63,297 nucleotides of DNA, filler included, from Barthelona sp. PAP020 (GCA_040182905.1; 5 parts of 5 records of this genome joined end to end with filler, not necessarily neighbours in it), one strand, 5' to 3'. Shown: positions 20,493 through 33,301, numbered from the whole stretch's first letter. The notes: generated by a model not told the origin, from the sequence alone. Translations and numbers: made by a program.

Positions 20493-23400
20493 ATGGACAC
20501 TTTTACAAACACGAATCAACCTCGAGGTGTGATAAATTTGAATCAAAAGAATCAAGATTTGAATTTTAAAAATTCAACATTTAAAACAAGACAATTATTT
20601 GAACAAACAAAAAATGTAACAAAAACATACAAGACTTTTACCAAACCTAAACCTTCTGATACTTTTAAATCGAAAGATTTAAATCGTTTTTTGGAAGATG
20701 TAAATTTAGATAAAATGTTAGTCAGACAATTACCAAAAACTGTTGCTCCCCCTATTGATTTACCTTTTGAAAGGGAACAAGAAGAATTCACTTTACAAAA
20801 ACGTCGACAAGATTTGTATAATAATACACTTTTGAGATTGCAATCCCAATTAGATGAGATAAACAAGGAATTGCATATAAAGATGCGTGATTTAGCTCAA
20901 CGTTTGAATGATGATTTGAAAATCAAGGATTCTATTTTGACCTCCAATATATCTGCCTTGACCACTGATTCTCTAGCGGCTATGACTGTTGAACAAAGTC
21001 AAGAATACAAAATTACTCATATTGTCAATATTGTTACTGAGCGACAAGAGTTAATCAGTTCGTTTGAGATACAATTATTTGATTTGAATGAACATAAGTT
21101 TTCTCAAGTGAATGAATTGGTGGAAGTGACGAGTTCACAAGCATTAGAATCTGCCTACATGCCTGTACAAGAAATTGAGAAGGAATTAAATGAACGTGTG
21201 AATATTATAAATGAGCAGTTGAAAAAAGACGTAAATGACATGACACGGTTAATTAATGGGTTAAAACGTCAGCATGAGGAAGTTTGTAATGGTTATTTAC
21301 AAGCTTTTGATGAAACAATATTGACTTGGAAACTACATGCCTTTGAATATTTAAAAGATGAATTTGAGGGATTCATTGAAAATTCAGAAACCCAATTTCC
21401 ATTTGTTGTGAAACAAATGTTAGCAAATGTGATACAGAAGCAGAGGAGTTACAGTAAATTACTACTTGATCAAATACAAAACCTTGCTTATTTTGACATC
21501 AATAAAATCAGTTCATCGATTGTGAATGAGCTTTCGAACAATATTTTGAATATTTTAAAAGATTTGAAGACTCTACATGATGAATGTATTTCAGAAATGG
21601 TAAAAATGCATGAAGAACATTTTATTAATCATAAAAACGTTCTATTGAAATTGATTAAGAATGTAAAGGCTTTAGAATTTGAAGAGTTCAATCAAAATGA
21701 GGATAAATATAAAGAAAACTGGAATGAAATGTTGAATCAATTGAAATTGAGTTATAATAAGCGTAAGAACATTATAAAAGTACAATTTGAACATTTGGAA
21801 AATGTTCTTTCGAAAGAATGTAATCTGTTGATTGAAAGAAAGAAACTTTTAGTCACAGAAATGGATAACTTGAAAATTAATGGAAAAGATTTGTTGAATG
21901 ATTGGGAAAATGAAATTAAAGAAAAGAAAAAGGCACGAGATGATAATATTAAACGAGAAATTGATATTTATGAAGAGAGTATAGCTAAAATTGTAGGTGC
22001 AGGATCTCTTGAGACTTTAGATATACAATTTGATGAAGTTAAAGAACAATTGAATAGAATTGAAGGATTGATCAATGAGGAAAGTAACCATTTAAAAATT
22101 ACTTCAGAAAGTATGTCTACTAGGTTACATACGTTTTTAAATGATAAAATGTTGAGTTTTTTTGGAATGTTAGATGTAAAATTGAAACATTCTGAATATT
22201 TTGAAAAGAATATCTTTGAAGAAATTTGGGATTATTCTCCTGCGTTTAATGAATATAGAGAACAATTGTTTGTTGATGAGAATATCAATAGCAACAGCAA
22301 TGAAAATGAAAATGATTCTATCACATTGACTTTAAAAGAACTAGGTGTTAATGTGCTGAACATTACTGAAAATGAAGCTGAAACTGTGGAGAATAAATTA
22401 ATGAAAACAGATTATGAAATCGTGTTTTTATCATCCAACATACATAAGAATGTTGAAGAGATGGTAGAAGAAGAGGAAGAACCCCAAGAATTCATCAATT
22501 CTAAAGATAAGAAAAGTAACTCAAATAGAAATGTTAAAGACACAAAGAAAGAAAAAGCTGGGAAACGTTCAAACAAAAAAGGTAAGAATAATGAAGATAA
22601 AGAAGAAGAAAAAAAGAAAGATCAAATCAATGAAGAGGATTATGAACGAATAGAAATAGAAAAATTGAGAAGAGTAGTAAAGACTCAATTTATTGCTACT
22701 GAAGATAATATATATTTGATTCATGATGAAACTATACCAATTACGATTTTTGATTCAATGAATATTACTTTAGTACGTGATTTTTTGAAATTTTTCTTTA
22801 ATTTTTGGAATAAAAAGTTTGAAATTTTTCATTCTCAAAACATTACAAACATTAAAAACATTGAAAAATTCAGAAATGTTCAATTACAATTGATTGAACC
22901 TTTAAAACATAATATTGAATTGCATTTCAAAAAATTTCGTGTGCAACAATTAAATGAACATGAAAGGATTTTAAATATCTTGTTACAAAAGAATGAAGTG
23001 AAATTGACACAATTTATTAGCAGCTTTCAAAATAATTTTTCGGAAAAGGATGATGAAATTGCCTTTTTTAGTAATATTCTTGAAAATGCGGAAAAGCGAG
23101 CTGAAAAATGTTTTACCATTTCCAATTTGGAATCAGTTATACGTACAACAAGACGAAAATTGGATGATACTAACATTCATTTGAATAATTGGTTTGAAAG
23201 ACAGTTGAATATTACAAATGTATTTTTTGATCAATTGGAACATCAAAACCTTAATCTTTTAACTAATTTACAAGTGATTGATGTTAATCAACAAACCAGT
23301 CATTTGAAAGATATATTAGATAGTACAATAACTACACCACGTGAAAAATCAAAAGGATCTTTTGCTTCTAGTGAGATTGAAAGGTTTGAAATGAAATTAA

Positions 23401-24974
23401 AAGAACAATATGATGTTTTTAAAACTACAATGGATGGAGAGTTATTACGTTTAGAAAAAGAAATGAAACAAATGATGAAAAGTTTGGAAAAAAGGTTTGA
23501 AACTTTTGTAGATAATTTGGAAGAACATAAACAAGAGTTAAATATCTTAAAACAGATAAATGAAAATAGAAATGAGAGTTTCAGTATTGTACGAAGTGAA
23601 ATTATAATTTCTAAAGAAGAAAATAATTTAATGTTACGTAAGCTTCATCAATTGGAAGAATTGTTGGGAAAAATTGATGAATGTTGTAAAAAGGATACAA
23701 ATGAAGATGATTTTCTGGATTTAATTTTGGAAATTGAAAAGGAACTGATTATTGTGATGTTAAAACGAAGTTATAATCTTGAATTGGTATTAATGAATAA
23801 ATTTGATTGTTTAAAAGTTTTAGAAAATGATTTTGAAGTTGTGATTGATAAGAATGAGAAGACAGTAGTAAATCGTTTGAAAAATGCTAAAGATAGAGGT
23901 GTTGCTTTGATAAAAAAAACGTTGGATTCAATTAAAAATGTTGAAGATTACAAAAGAAAGGAGATTCCATTCGATCAAAAGAGTAAAGCGGAATATGTTG
24001 AGAATTTCATGAAAGAATTAGATGATACAATTAATGAACATCTTATTCAAAGTGAAATCAGTTTTAGAAAGCAATTGAAAACATTATTTGACATAAATAT
24101 TGGATTAGCAAATCAGTTGTTTGCTAGATATCATTCTCAAAAACATTTATTAACACAAGATCATATCAATCAACAAATTGAAAATTTTAATGAATATCGT
24201 GATGAGATAAAATTCAAAAGGTTATCTCTTTTAAAACGTTTACCAGGTCCTTTATCTGGACCTTGGGCTATTGATATTCTTAAAGAATTGAAATCAGATG
24301 AGATTAAATTGAAAGAAGATTTGAACATAAAAAGTATTGAATTATATAGTTCTTTAAAAGAATTAATTCTTGAAACTTTTTCAAAAGTTGGTCAAAAAAT
24401 TGGAAAAATTTCATCAAAGTTAATGATATTATTTTCAAAGTTGATTTCAAAATATCAATTGATTGAACCAGCAGAAATGGTTGCTAATGCTGAAGTTAAG
24501 GTTGTTAAGAGTCTTAAACGTGCTTTATTGGAAGATAGATTTGCTGATGAGTTAAATATTACTTCCAGAGAACAACATACTTGGACAGGTTTACAATTTA
24601 TGTTGATTAAACCAAAAGAAGAAGAAATTTCACCTTCGAGAACATCAAAATCACGAAGTAATTCTAGATTAGCTAAAAAAGATAAAACTACTAACAAAAA
24701 AGCAAAACAAAATCAAAACCCTCAAATTCCCAATTTTGAAGAAATTGAGGTTGCTCCAGGTGAAGTTAATATTCCTGAACAAGTTGGTTTCTTTGAGCCA
24801 TTGAGTAAGTCTATTGTTCAAGTGAGAAATCGTGAAATATCAACTTTTCAAGAAGAATCATTGCAACTGTTAAGCGATTTGGAAACATATTTTTCGAGAT
24901 TATCAAAAAATGAAAATGAATGGTCTGAATCTTGGAATCTACAAGTGAGTTTACATGATAGTGTTGTTTATTAG
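20493..24974 (+). CDS. Large coiled-coil protein, CCDC180/CFAP76-like (flagellar)
   Basis: About 1490 aa, two coiled-coil halves separated by a K/E-rich linker; C-terminal LPGPLSGP...KSLKR...WTGL...ExxWxxxW pattern resembles CCDC180; first ATG at 20493. Confidence 0.6.
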   Translation: MDTFTNTNQPRGVINLNQKNQDLNFKNSTFKTRQLFEQTKNVTKTYKTFTKPKPSDTFKSKDLNRFLEDVNLDKMLVRQLPKTVAPPIDLPFEREQEEFTLQKRRQDLYNNTLLRLQSQLDEINKELHIKMRDLAQRLNDDLKIKDSILTSNISALTTDSLAAMTVEQSQEYKITHIVNIVTERQELISSFEIQLFDLNEHKFSQVNELVEVTSSQALESAYMPVQEIEKELNERVNIINEQLKKDVNDMTRLINGLKRQHEEVCNGYLQAFDETILTWKLHAFEYLKDEFEGFIENSETQFPFVVKQMLANVIQKQRSYSKLLLDQIQNLAYFDINKISSSIVNELSNNILNILKDLKTLHDECISEMVKMHEEHFINHKNVLLKLIKNVKALEFEEFNQNEDKYKENWNEMLNQLKLSYNKRKNIIKVQFEHLENVLSKECNLLIERKKLLVTEMDNLKINGKDLLNDWENEIKEKKKARDDNIKREIDIYEESIAKIVGAGSLETLDIQFDEVKEQLNRIEGLINEESNHLKITSESMSTRLHTFLNDKMLSFFGMLDVKLKHSEYFEKNIFEEIWDYSPAFNEYREQLFVDENINSNSNENENDSITLTLKELGVNVLNITENEAETVENKLMKTDYEIVFLSSNIHKNVEEMVEEEEEPQEFINSKDKKSNSNRNVKDTKKEKAGKRSNKKGKNNEDKEEEKKKDQINEEDYERIEIEKLRRVVKTQFIATEDNIYLIHDETIPITIFDSMNITLVRDFLKFFFNFWNKKFEIFHSQNITNIKNIEKFRNVQLQLIEPLKHNIELHFKKFRVQQLNEHERILNILLQKNEVKLTQFISSFQNNFSEKDDEIAFFSNILENAEKRAEKCFTISNLESVIRTTRRKLDDTNIHLNNWFERQLNITNVFFDQLEHQNLNLLTNLQVIDVNQQTSHLKDILDSTITTPREKSKGSFASSEIERFEMKLKEQYDVFKTTMDGELLRLEKEMKQMMKSLEKRFETFVDNLEEHKQELNILKQINENRNESFSIVRSEIIISKEENNLMLRKLHQLEELLGKIDECCKKDTNEDDFLDLILEIEKELIIVMLKRSYNLELVLMNKFDCLKVLENDFEVVIDKNEKTVVNRLKNAKDRGVALIKKTLDSIKNVEDYKRKEIPFDQKSKAEYVENFMKELDDTINEHLIQSEISFRKQLKTLFDINIGLANQLFARYHSQKHLLTQDHINQQIENFNEYRDEIKFKRLSLLKRLPGPLSGPWAIDILKELKSDEIKLKEDLNIKSIELYSSLKELILETFSKVGQKIGKISSKLMILFSKLISKYQLIEPAEMVANAEVKVVKSLKRALLEDRFADELNITSREQHTWTGLQFMLIKPKEEEISPSRTSKSRSNSRLAKKDKTTNKKAKQNQNPQIPNFEEIEVAPGEVNIPEQVGFFEPLSKSIVQVRNREISTFQEESLQLLSDLETYFSRLSKNENEWSESWNLQVSLHDSVVY

Positions 24975-25130
24975 GCTTGTTGAACCTTTTTTTTTTTTTA
25001 CATAAATTTTTGTTATTTTGTGTTATTTTGATTATTCGTATGAGCCTTTGACATGATTTGTCTGGTTTGGTGGATAAGATAGCTTGGAAAAAGGAAGAGA
25101 GTAAAAGTGGATTATTCTTTCTGTAGCTTT

Positions 25131-25253
25131 CAGGTCAAGAAGGGCTGGGTGAATGAATGAATAAGAAACAACAGTTTTTATTGGGTCAAAGTCTTTCGCA
25201 GGCCGAATGATCTGTTGAAACTTTTAATTCTTCAAAAGTGAAAGTTGAAAACT
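25131..25253 (+). repeat. Dispersed non-coding element, copy A
   Basis: About 75% identical by manual alignment over a 90-nt core to 62897-62985 on another contig. Confidence 0.75.
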
Positions 25254-25466
25254 GTCGTCTGAGATGATTCTTAAATGATAAACCTTGCAGCAGCAATTGT
25301 TCAAAAGAGCCTGAAAACTCTGATTTCTTGGAATTTATCTTGAATGCACAAGATTTTTTGTGGTTTACTTGTTAAAGGTCAAAAATTTTGAAAAGTTAAT
25401 GATAAACTTTGGCATTCAAGGAAAAAGGAAGAACAGATAATTTCTATTTTTTTGCTAATTTCAAAA

Positions 25467-25566
25467 NNNNNNNNNNNNNNNNNNNNNNNNNNNNNNNNNN
25501 NNNNNNNNNNTTAATTAATTAANNNNNNNNNNNNNNNNNNNNNNNNNNNNNNNNNNNNNNNNNNNN
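25467..25566. other. Artificial contig linker
   Basis: N44-TTAATTAATTAA-N44. Confidence 0.98.
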
Positions 25567-28500
25567 ACAATTGAAATAACAAGTATTACCTAAGTTATAT
25601 AAACCACTCTTTCCCTTGAAACCTTTGGGATTCTTAAAAACATAGAATTTGCCTTCTTTTTCATAACTCAATTCTAACTCTTCATTTCCTTTCACAACAT
25701 CCTGTAAATACCTAATATCGTTTAACGGGTTCAAATTCCATTGAGATAAACTCTCTGAATTGTTTATCAGATTATTAAGGGTTAAAAGATACTCGTTAAT
25801 GATTTCAACACCATTTTCGATATGTAAAACTGCTTTCAAGATAACCTCCAATAATTTTAATGCAACTTTACGATCATTATTTTCCAATAGTTTAGGTTGA
25901 TCAACACAACCAACTAAATTACTGCGTAAATAATTCAAATCGAAAATATTGTCATCAGTATCATTTTCCGAATTTTCCGAATTTTGAGATTTTTTCTTTG
26001 GTAATAACCAAGAATCCATTAAAGAACGATAAACGATCAATAAACGATCATCTACAGCCAAAGTGAATTGTTCTGCAGATGATGCTAAAACATGGAATAA
26101 ATTTCTACAAATTGTAGTATTTTCTTCAATTAATACTTGATCTAAAGCTTTATTAAAAATTTTCTTGATGATATCTTGGGTTTTAATTTTATCGAATTTA
26201 AAATCAGTAATATTATCAGTAGAAACAAAAATTTTACTTAAAAGACGAACATATAATAAAGCATACACAAAGAATTTATTATTATTCCAGTTTTTACTAC
26301 TGAAATCTAATAAATACCAAAAAATTTCTATCATTTTTTCAGGATTTGCTAAACTATTGACATTTAAAGCAAACGTACCCAAATGTTCCAAAAATTGTTT
26401 ATTCATTAACATATCATGATCAATCTCAATTATTTTTTTCAAAATTTCAATCAAATCTTTTTCATTTTCAGCATTTATTCTATATTTTAATAAAATATTG
26501 AAAAAATTCAAAATACAATCATTCTTAACAGCATTATTAACATTCTTTGTATTAAATAATCGTGCAAAACATTCATTATTTAATAATTTTAACACTGTAA
26601 CATCAAACTTTTCAATATTTTTACATATATTTAAAAACAATACATAATCAGTTTGATCTTCAGTAATAAACAAATATTTTGCTAGATGAATCAGAACTTG
26701 ATAAAAGATATCCCCTTTACACATGTTTTTATCTTTAATATAATAACAATCCAGATCACATAAGATGTTGATTTGTGGTAATAATAAATTAATAATAAAT
26801 TTCCAACCATTAATGTTATCAACAGTCAATTTTTCAAAATTGAAATTGAATCCATATTTGTTGAATTCTTGAGGAATGTTGAAGAAATCAAACTTATCAG
26901 CTTGAATGATGTTGTTAGCAATTTTTATTATATTGCTGTTCGTTTTCAAAGAATTAAAAATTTGAGTCAATTCATACAACAAATGTTGATTCTCGTTCTT
27001 CGTTAAACTATTTATACAATTTAATAGCCGTTCATAATATTCACCTTCAGATAATAATTCAATGAAAGGTGTAACATAATCATTTAGATGATAGTTTGCA
27101 AATAAATCTTCATCAAATAATTCAATCATAGATTCATTATTACGTTGACTCTCTTGTTCAATCAATTCTCTCAATAAAATTATTGTTCTTTCATTCATTG
27201 TTTTTTCATTAATCAATCTATCAATTACCATCCTATTACATTGTAATAAAGTATTCCATACTTGTAATTTCACAGAAATATTACCATCTAATTTCAATAT
27301 ACAACGCAAATACCATCCATCAATCAACATCTTTAAATGTTTACCACTTGCTAGAATTACAGATTTATCTTGACTTTGAGAGAAAATCTGATAATAAAAC
27401 TCAACAACTTCTTCATCAACATCAACGAAATATGAACTTTCTCTATTTAATTCTTTACTTTCTCTTAAGATATCGTTTATCAACATTTTTTGTTCACTCG
27501 AAGGATAATCTTTGTATAAAGCTATCAATAAAGTATTTTTTTGTTTTAAAATCCCTTGTTTTTTGAATTTTTTTTTCATCAAAAAATCTAAAGACAACCA
27601 TGCATCATAATTGATTTGAGAATAACCTAAAGATTCTTTAAAACTTTGTGAATCTAAAAATCTTAAAATATCATCATCTTTAACAATGTTATGAATATTA
27701 GTAAGGAAATTTAAGAAAGTGATTATAAATGAAGAATTTCCTTCAATTCTTTTCAACATAGTATCAACAAATATATTGAAACTATCTGAAGGTAATTTAA
27801 AATGAAATTCATCATTACCAATATAATTAACGATTTCACTTAATTTTTTCAAAAGAAATGTGAGAAAATCGTTGTTTGAATATGAATCTAGCAAATTAAA
27901 GACATTTTGATAGATATTTTCAATATTATTCAGTAAAGTAATCTTTAAAATGTTTTCATAACCATTCTCATAATCTATATAATCATTTAAAATTATAAAA
28001 TCATCATCATTAAGAGTATTCAAAGTTTCTTCATCTTTTTTACTTAAAATTGCAATAAATATAAGAAAAATTAAATCTTCATTGGTAAAAATAGTCTTTT
28101 CACTACATGTAAGATATTTACTTACCATTTCCATACTTAATAACATGATTTGATTGAATAAAGGTTTATTATTCATAAATGGTCGAATCAATAATGATTT
28201 AAAAGCAAGATTCAATGAATTTTCTAATACTACTAAAGAAATTTCTTCTTTTTCTTTTAATAACAGATTTTTGATATCAATCAATTTCATCACACTTCTT
28301 TCAAACATTTCCAATTCAAATTTATAGTTCATTTCATCATTAGAAGAATCATTACTGTTACTGGTCTTTCTAGCAGAATAGATAAATTGTAAGAGAGAAG
28401 AAATCTTCCCATCAATAAATTTAATTTGTTCATTCTTGATTTTTCTTCTTTGATTACTGTTATTGATACTATTATCAATTTCACTGAATGAATAATCTTT

Positions 28501-29786
28501 AATCAATGTCCAAATATTTTCAGAATCCTTAGCAAATTTAATCAAACTGATAAAAATATTCAAAAACAATTCTTGATCTTTAACAGTCTTTTTAGAAACA
28601 CATATTTCAATCAAATTTTCAAAAATATTATCTTCTAAAGTCATTTCCAAAGAAATTCCAGACAATTCTGTAAATAAATCAGTGATACATACTAAAACTT
28701 CAGTATGAATACCACTACGTTCTAAAAATTTAAAAATATTCCGTTCACTAGCAAAATCAAATATTTTTTCTAAAATACCAAAATTATTGACAACCTTTTC
28801 ATCTTCATCATCTGAAATATTATGTCCCATCGGATAAACTACAGAATTTCTTATAGAATGTCCTTCTTTTTCTTTTCTATTTTTCAATAATTCAACATAG
28901 TAACGTAAACAATTTAAACTGACCGTCAATTGTTTGGTCTGTTCACTCTCATTAATATTACGCCATAAACAATCGATAATTATGCTATTTAACAAACCAA
29001 TGAAATGTTCCCTGCTCTTCTTCACATTTAAAATACAAAAAGATAACATAGGCTTGATAAAGACATCAGTAAAACTTTCATATTCTTTCGATTGCAAATG
29101 TTTAAATCTTACATAAAAATTTTCATACATTCTACGATGTAATCCACAAAATTCATCGATATTGTCAAAGAAATAACAACAAAAGTATTCATAAGAGAGT
29201 ATTTCGACACAATGATAAAAAGAACCCAATAACATTTGGAAAAATTTTAAAATTTCATCACTAAATTCGTTATTTACATCTTCGTTATTGTAATAGAGCA
29301 TTAAATAACGTTTAAAACTCAAAGATAAAGCACTCTTTAAAAAAGACTGCAAACATTTTAAAAAAATTTTGGAAAATTTCATTCGTTGATAATATTGTGG
29401 TGGTTTTGTAAAAATATCCATATCAATATCTCTAAAATTATTTTGCATGTATGATTTTTCAGTACCAGTATATAATTGATGTTGATAATTCAATATCTCA
29501 AATAACAATTCAATATGACTTAAAGGAACCTCATCTTCTTTACAAATAGTATCAATAATTGCTTCAAAATATCGAGTAATACAATATATTACTGTTGGAT
29601 CATTTATTGATTCATAATTTAATATTATTTCCACAATGAACTTTTCAGGTAAATTTTCATATTGAATACAGTTCTTATACAAAGAATTAATATAAGAAGA
29701 AGGATTATCACCTAAAAATTGTTAGTATTAATAAATCAAATGTATATATTACTAAATAGTCCTGCTATCAATGTATTATCATCCAT
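25567..29786 (-). CDS. Large USP-family ubiquitin hydrolase (USP9/24/34-like architecture), 3'-truncated; exon 1 29786-29753, exon 2 from 29711
   Basis: About 1380 aa helical N-terminal region ending in the USP Cys box GLYNLGNTCYFN at the contig end; the track ORF starts at TTG and an upstream ATG joins it in frame through a 41-nt intron. Confidence 0.85.
29712..29752 (-). other. Spliceosomal intron (41 nt) in the USP gene
   Basis: GTAATA...TACTAACAATTTTTAG, phase 1; joins MDDNTLIAGLF-S-DNPSSY in frame with the long ORF. Confidence 0.8.
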
Positions 29787-30584
29787 TTTTTTAAAAAAAT
29801 TATGTATAATTAATTAGAAAATGAATTAGCCAACGAAATAAGGTAGTGCTTGTTTTCCAACGATACTTTTTTTTTTGAAACATATTCGTTTATTTTTAAG
29901 TTTGTAACTGTTCTTTTTGGTCGCATATTATTATTTGTATAGATTTTAATAAATATTTACAATTAATTTTTTTGTTCATTTATTTGTTTGGTTCAGATTA
30001 TTGAAAGAAACCGATTCAGTGATATTCAAAATTGAAATAAAATTTATTTCTTATGTTTACAATTATTTTTACATACTTCAAATACAAGAGTTTGAATAAA
30101 AGATATTTGTAATATTTTAATATTATGGTGGCTATAAAAGGGTTTTGAAGGTTAATTTTATCCATGAAATCAATTCACAGATCTTCTTTGACAAGAATTT
30201 TTCTCCTGAATTTCTAATTTTGTTGCAAATAATTTGTTTTTAGTTACAACAATTTGAATATAAATATCACAATAACTTGATCCTGACCACAAAAAGCTGT
30301 TTTTTAAAATTGTAAAGTTCACCCGATTTTCAAGTTTATATGGCTTTGTATTTTTTAAGAAATGATATGAAAATCAACATTTTGTGGAACAAAATATGCC
30401 CTTTTTGCAGAATTACAATCAAATGTCTTCTTTTGAGATTTTGGATTTTCTTTTGTGAATTTTATTTTTGGCATCCTTTGCTTTTTGCAATAAAAAGACA
30501 TGATAAGATCATAATTATTGAAAATAAAAAATTGCGGGATGGAATAATATAACTTCATTTTTTTTAAATTATTATTATGAATTT

Positions 30585-32654
30585 ATGATGAAGGCACTTC
30601 TTTATGAAAAGAAGAACGGAAAATGGAACATATTAAATGATTTTTTTGTAGAATTTCAAGATGATTTACGGGTAATGGTATTGAGATCATGTGTAAGTTC
30701 TTCAAATGAAGATGCTATTAAAAATAAAAAAGAAAGTGTTTTTGAAGTAGATATAGAGTCTACCAATTTTACGGTTCACCAAACGACGACTTTGATATTT
30801 GGGAATTTTCGAACTGGACAAAAAATTTTAAATTTTGACAATGAACAAGACTTATCCAAAGTTTTAAAGAGGATTTTAACATTTGAAGGCGTTTTAGTTG
30901 ATGAAATACCTGAATGTTGTTATTCTGGATTAGAAGAGTTTCATTCATTTATTGAGATGATTGATGATTCCAGGATAGCGTTTATATTGGTTTTTGAGAA
31001 TGATGGGAATTTGTTTAACAGAATATATTCCATATACACAATAGCAAAGAGAATGGGAGATGTTAAGAGGATTCAACTGATAATTGATTTGATATTTTTT
31101 TTTATTGGAACACAAAATTATGAAATATTTAAATATTTACTGGCAAATTTTTGGGAAAAGTTGATCGATATTTTAAATCATTTGGAAAAGAAAGCTAATT
31201 TCTTAAAAGACTATGAGACGCTTGAGTTTATAGCTGTTTTAGACTTTCCCAGTGAAATTACAGATGAAATAACATTTTTGAATAAAATGATGTTTTTGAG
31301 AGATCAAGTTACATTTGCCAGAGTTTCTGATGATCTCATTTCATTTTTTGATAGTTCTGTTGCAAAAAGTTTTATGAATATTTTGTCAAATGAATATTTT
31401 GCCAATGTCAACAATTTAAAGCCATTAATTATGCTAAACAATAATGATATTGACATTGATTCAATCAAATATAGACTACAATTCATTTTAAATATTGTTA
31501 CTTGTTTACCTTTACCAACTTTTTCAACTATGGAAGAATGTCGGTTAGTTGTTGGACAGTTTTTGAACAGACTTTTAGACATCGGAATATTGAATAGTTT
31601 TCTTGGATATTTTAATGAAGAAACTATTGATAGAGATGTACTTGTTCTTATTATTTCAATATTGATACATATGAATACCATTGTCACAAATAAATTGAAT
31701 ACTTTGATAAATTTGAGTAATTTGAAGAAAAAAGCTAATAATAAATGTGATTTTTGCATGTCTCTAATCAAATCATTGATTAAAATCAATGATGAAACTT
31801 GTTGGATTGTTGGATGTCAATTTTTTATTGAATCTTTTCAAAAACCTTTAATTAATGATAATCCTTTGGAGATTTTAATTATAAATTTTTGGTTAACATG
31901 TTTTCCTTTAATTATTGACCATCTAGCAAAACCCACAAATAATGCTAGGACAAAATACTATATCATGTCCATTTTAAGTATCATAATGGAATGCCAAAGT
32001 TTTGATCAAATTTTCGAAAATATTGAAGATATCTTTAACCTTGAATTTTTACCTTTACTTATTAAATTGTTTAATTCTGCTATTTTATCAACAAATGAAA
32101 ATAAAAATCATTTCATTTTGATTCCAATTAGTAAAATATTTAACGTTTTGCTGGAAAAACAATTATATTTATCGGAAATCGTTCCTTTAACAATTAAACA
32201 ATTAAAAAAGTGTAATTCTGATTTAATTGAAGGAATTTTACTTTCAAAAATTGTAGAATTGAATTTAAATGGTGTTTCTTGTGAAAAAATGGGTTTGATT
32301 GATTTTAAACAGGAATTTTTGAAATTAATTGAAATTTCAGATAATTTCAATTGTTTAATTCCTGTTTTTGATTCATCAAATGATATTTCATCATTAGATT
32401 TGAAGAATTTTGATTCTAACGTTTCTAAAATTAATTTCACTTCAATTAATATGGATGAAATCGATTTTGACTATGATTCTGAATATCCTGATCAAAATAA
32501 TTATGAATTTGATGATGATTCTTTTAATTGTCAATTTGTTGATGATGTCAATTTTGAATTGAATGAAATATTGAGAAATAGGTCACGTTCAAGTTCAAAT
32601 AATTTTGAGGAAATTTCTAAAAAATGTCCTGATGATTTTCTTGATGATAATTAA
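30585..32654 (+). CDS. Protein phosphatase 4 regulatory subunit 3 (SMEK/Psy2)-like
   Basis: N-terminal EVH1/PH-like region (ALLYEKKNGKW...HQTTTLIF), SMK-1-like segment FIAVLDF...FLRDQV, acidic tail; divergent. Confidence 0.6.
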   Translation: MMKALLYEKKNGKWNILNDFFVEFQDDLRVMVLRSCVSSSNEDAIKNKKESVFEVDIESTNFTVHQTTTLIFGNFRTGQKILNFDNEQDLSKVLKRILTFEGVLVDEIPECCYSGLEEFHSFIEMIDDSRIAFILVFENDGNLFNRIYSIYTIAKRMGDVKRIQLIIDLIFFFIGTQNYEIFKYLLANFWEKLIDILNHLEKKANFLKDYETLEFIAVLDFPSEITDEITFLNKMMFLRDQVTFARVSDDLISFFDSSVAKSFMNILSNEYFANVNNLKPLIMLNNNDIDIDSIKYRLQFILNIVTCLPLPTFSTMEECRLVVGQFLNRLLDIGILNSFLGYFNEETIDRDVLVLIISILIHMNTIVTNKLNTLINLSNLKKKANNKCDFCMSLIKSLIKINDETCWIVGCQFFIESFQKPLINDNPLEILIINFWLTCFPLIIDHLAKPTNNARTKYYIMSILSIIMECQSFDQIFENIEDIFNLEFLPLLIKLFNSAILSTNENKNHFILIPISKIFNVLLEKQLYLSEIVPLTIKQLKKCNSDLIEGILLSKIVELNLNGVSCEKMGLIDFKQEFLKLIEISDNFNCLIPVFDSSNDISSLDLKNFDSNVSKINFTSINMDEIDFDYDSEYPDQNNYEFDDDSFNCQFVDDVNFELNEILRNRSRSSSNNFEEISKKCPDDFLDDN

Positions 32655-33301
32655 TTTTTGAATAAATTATGTCAGTGCTTTTTTGTTGTTATTTGGTTTT
32701 TGGTTTTAACATTTCACGTATTACTTCTGAAGAAGTATATGAAAAGACTGAACAATCTAAATCCAATTTAGCATTTGATGTAGTATTCTTTTGTATTTCT
32801 ATCAAATTGTGCAATTCAATTAAAATTTCAGGAATATAATCCATTTAACTTTGGTGTTAACTCTTTAAAATTTTTCTTTTCTTTTTTCTGAAAAGCAGGT
32901 AAATTATAATTTTTTATTCATTTCAAATTTTATGTGAATCATTTCTCTTTATAATACTATATTGGATTTAACACTGTAAAATAAAAAAAATATTTCTATT
33001 TGAAGGAAAAATTCATTTTTTCCACTTAAAATATCAATAACCATCACTTTGTTTGTTTATAAAGAATAAATGTTAAAAAGTTTCAGGAGATTTGTAAACC
33101 AACCTTTTTTGGTTAAAAATAAAAGTGAAACAAAAACAGTCAAACCAGCCAATAAAAAGCAAATCATAACAGTAATATTGATTATTTGAGTATTTTAAAA
33201 ATAAAATAAAAAAGATGACAAACACTGTTTGGATGCAAAAGAAAATTAATTTTTTTATTCCCAAAATAATGATATGATATAGTTCATCACACAATTCAAT
33301 A

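Noticed and set aside
25128..25375. Frame across repeat copy A that opens if TGA is read through
   Set aside because: Copy B has indels and TAA stops in the equivalent frame, and TGA is a real stop elsewhere (LRRC9, HAP2)
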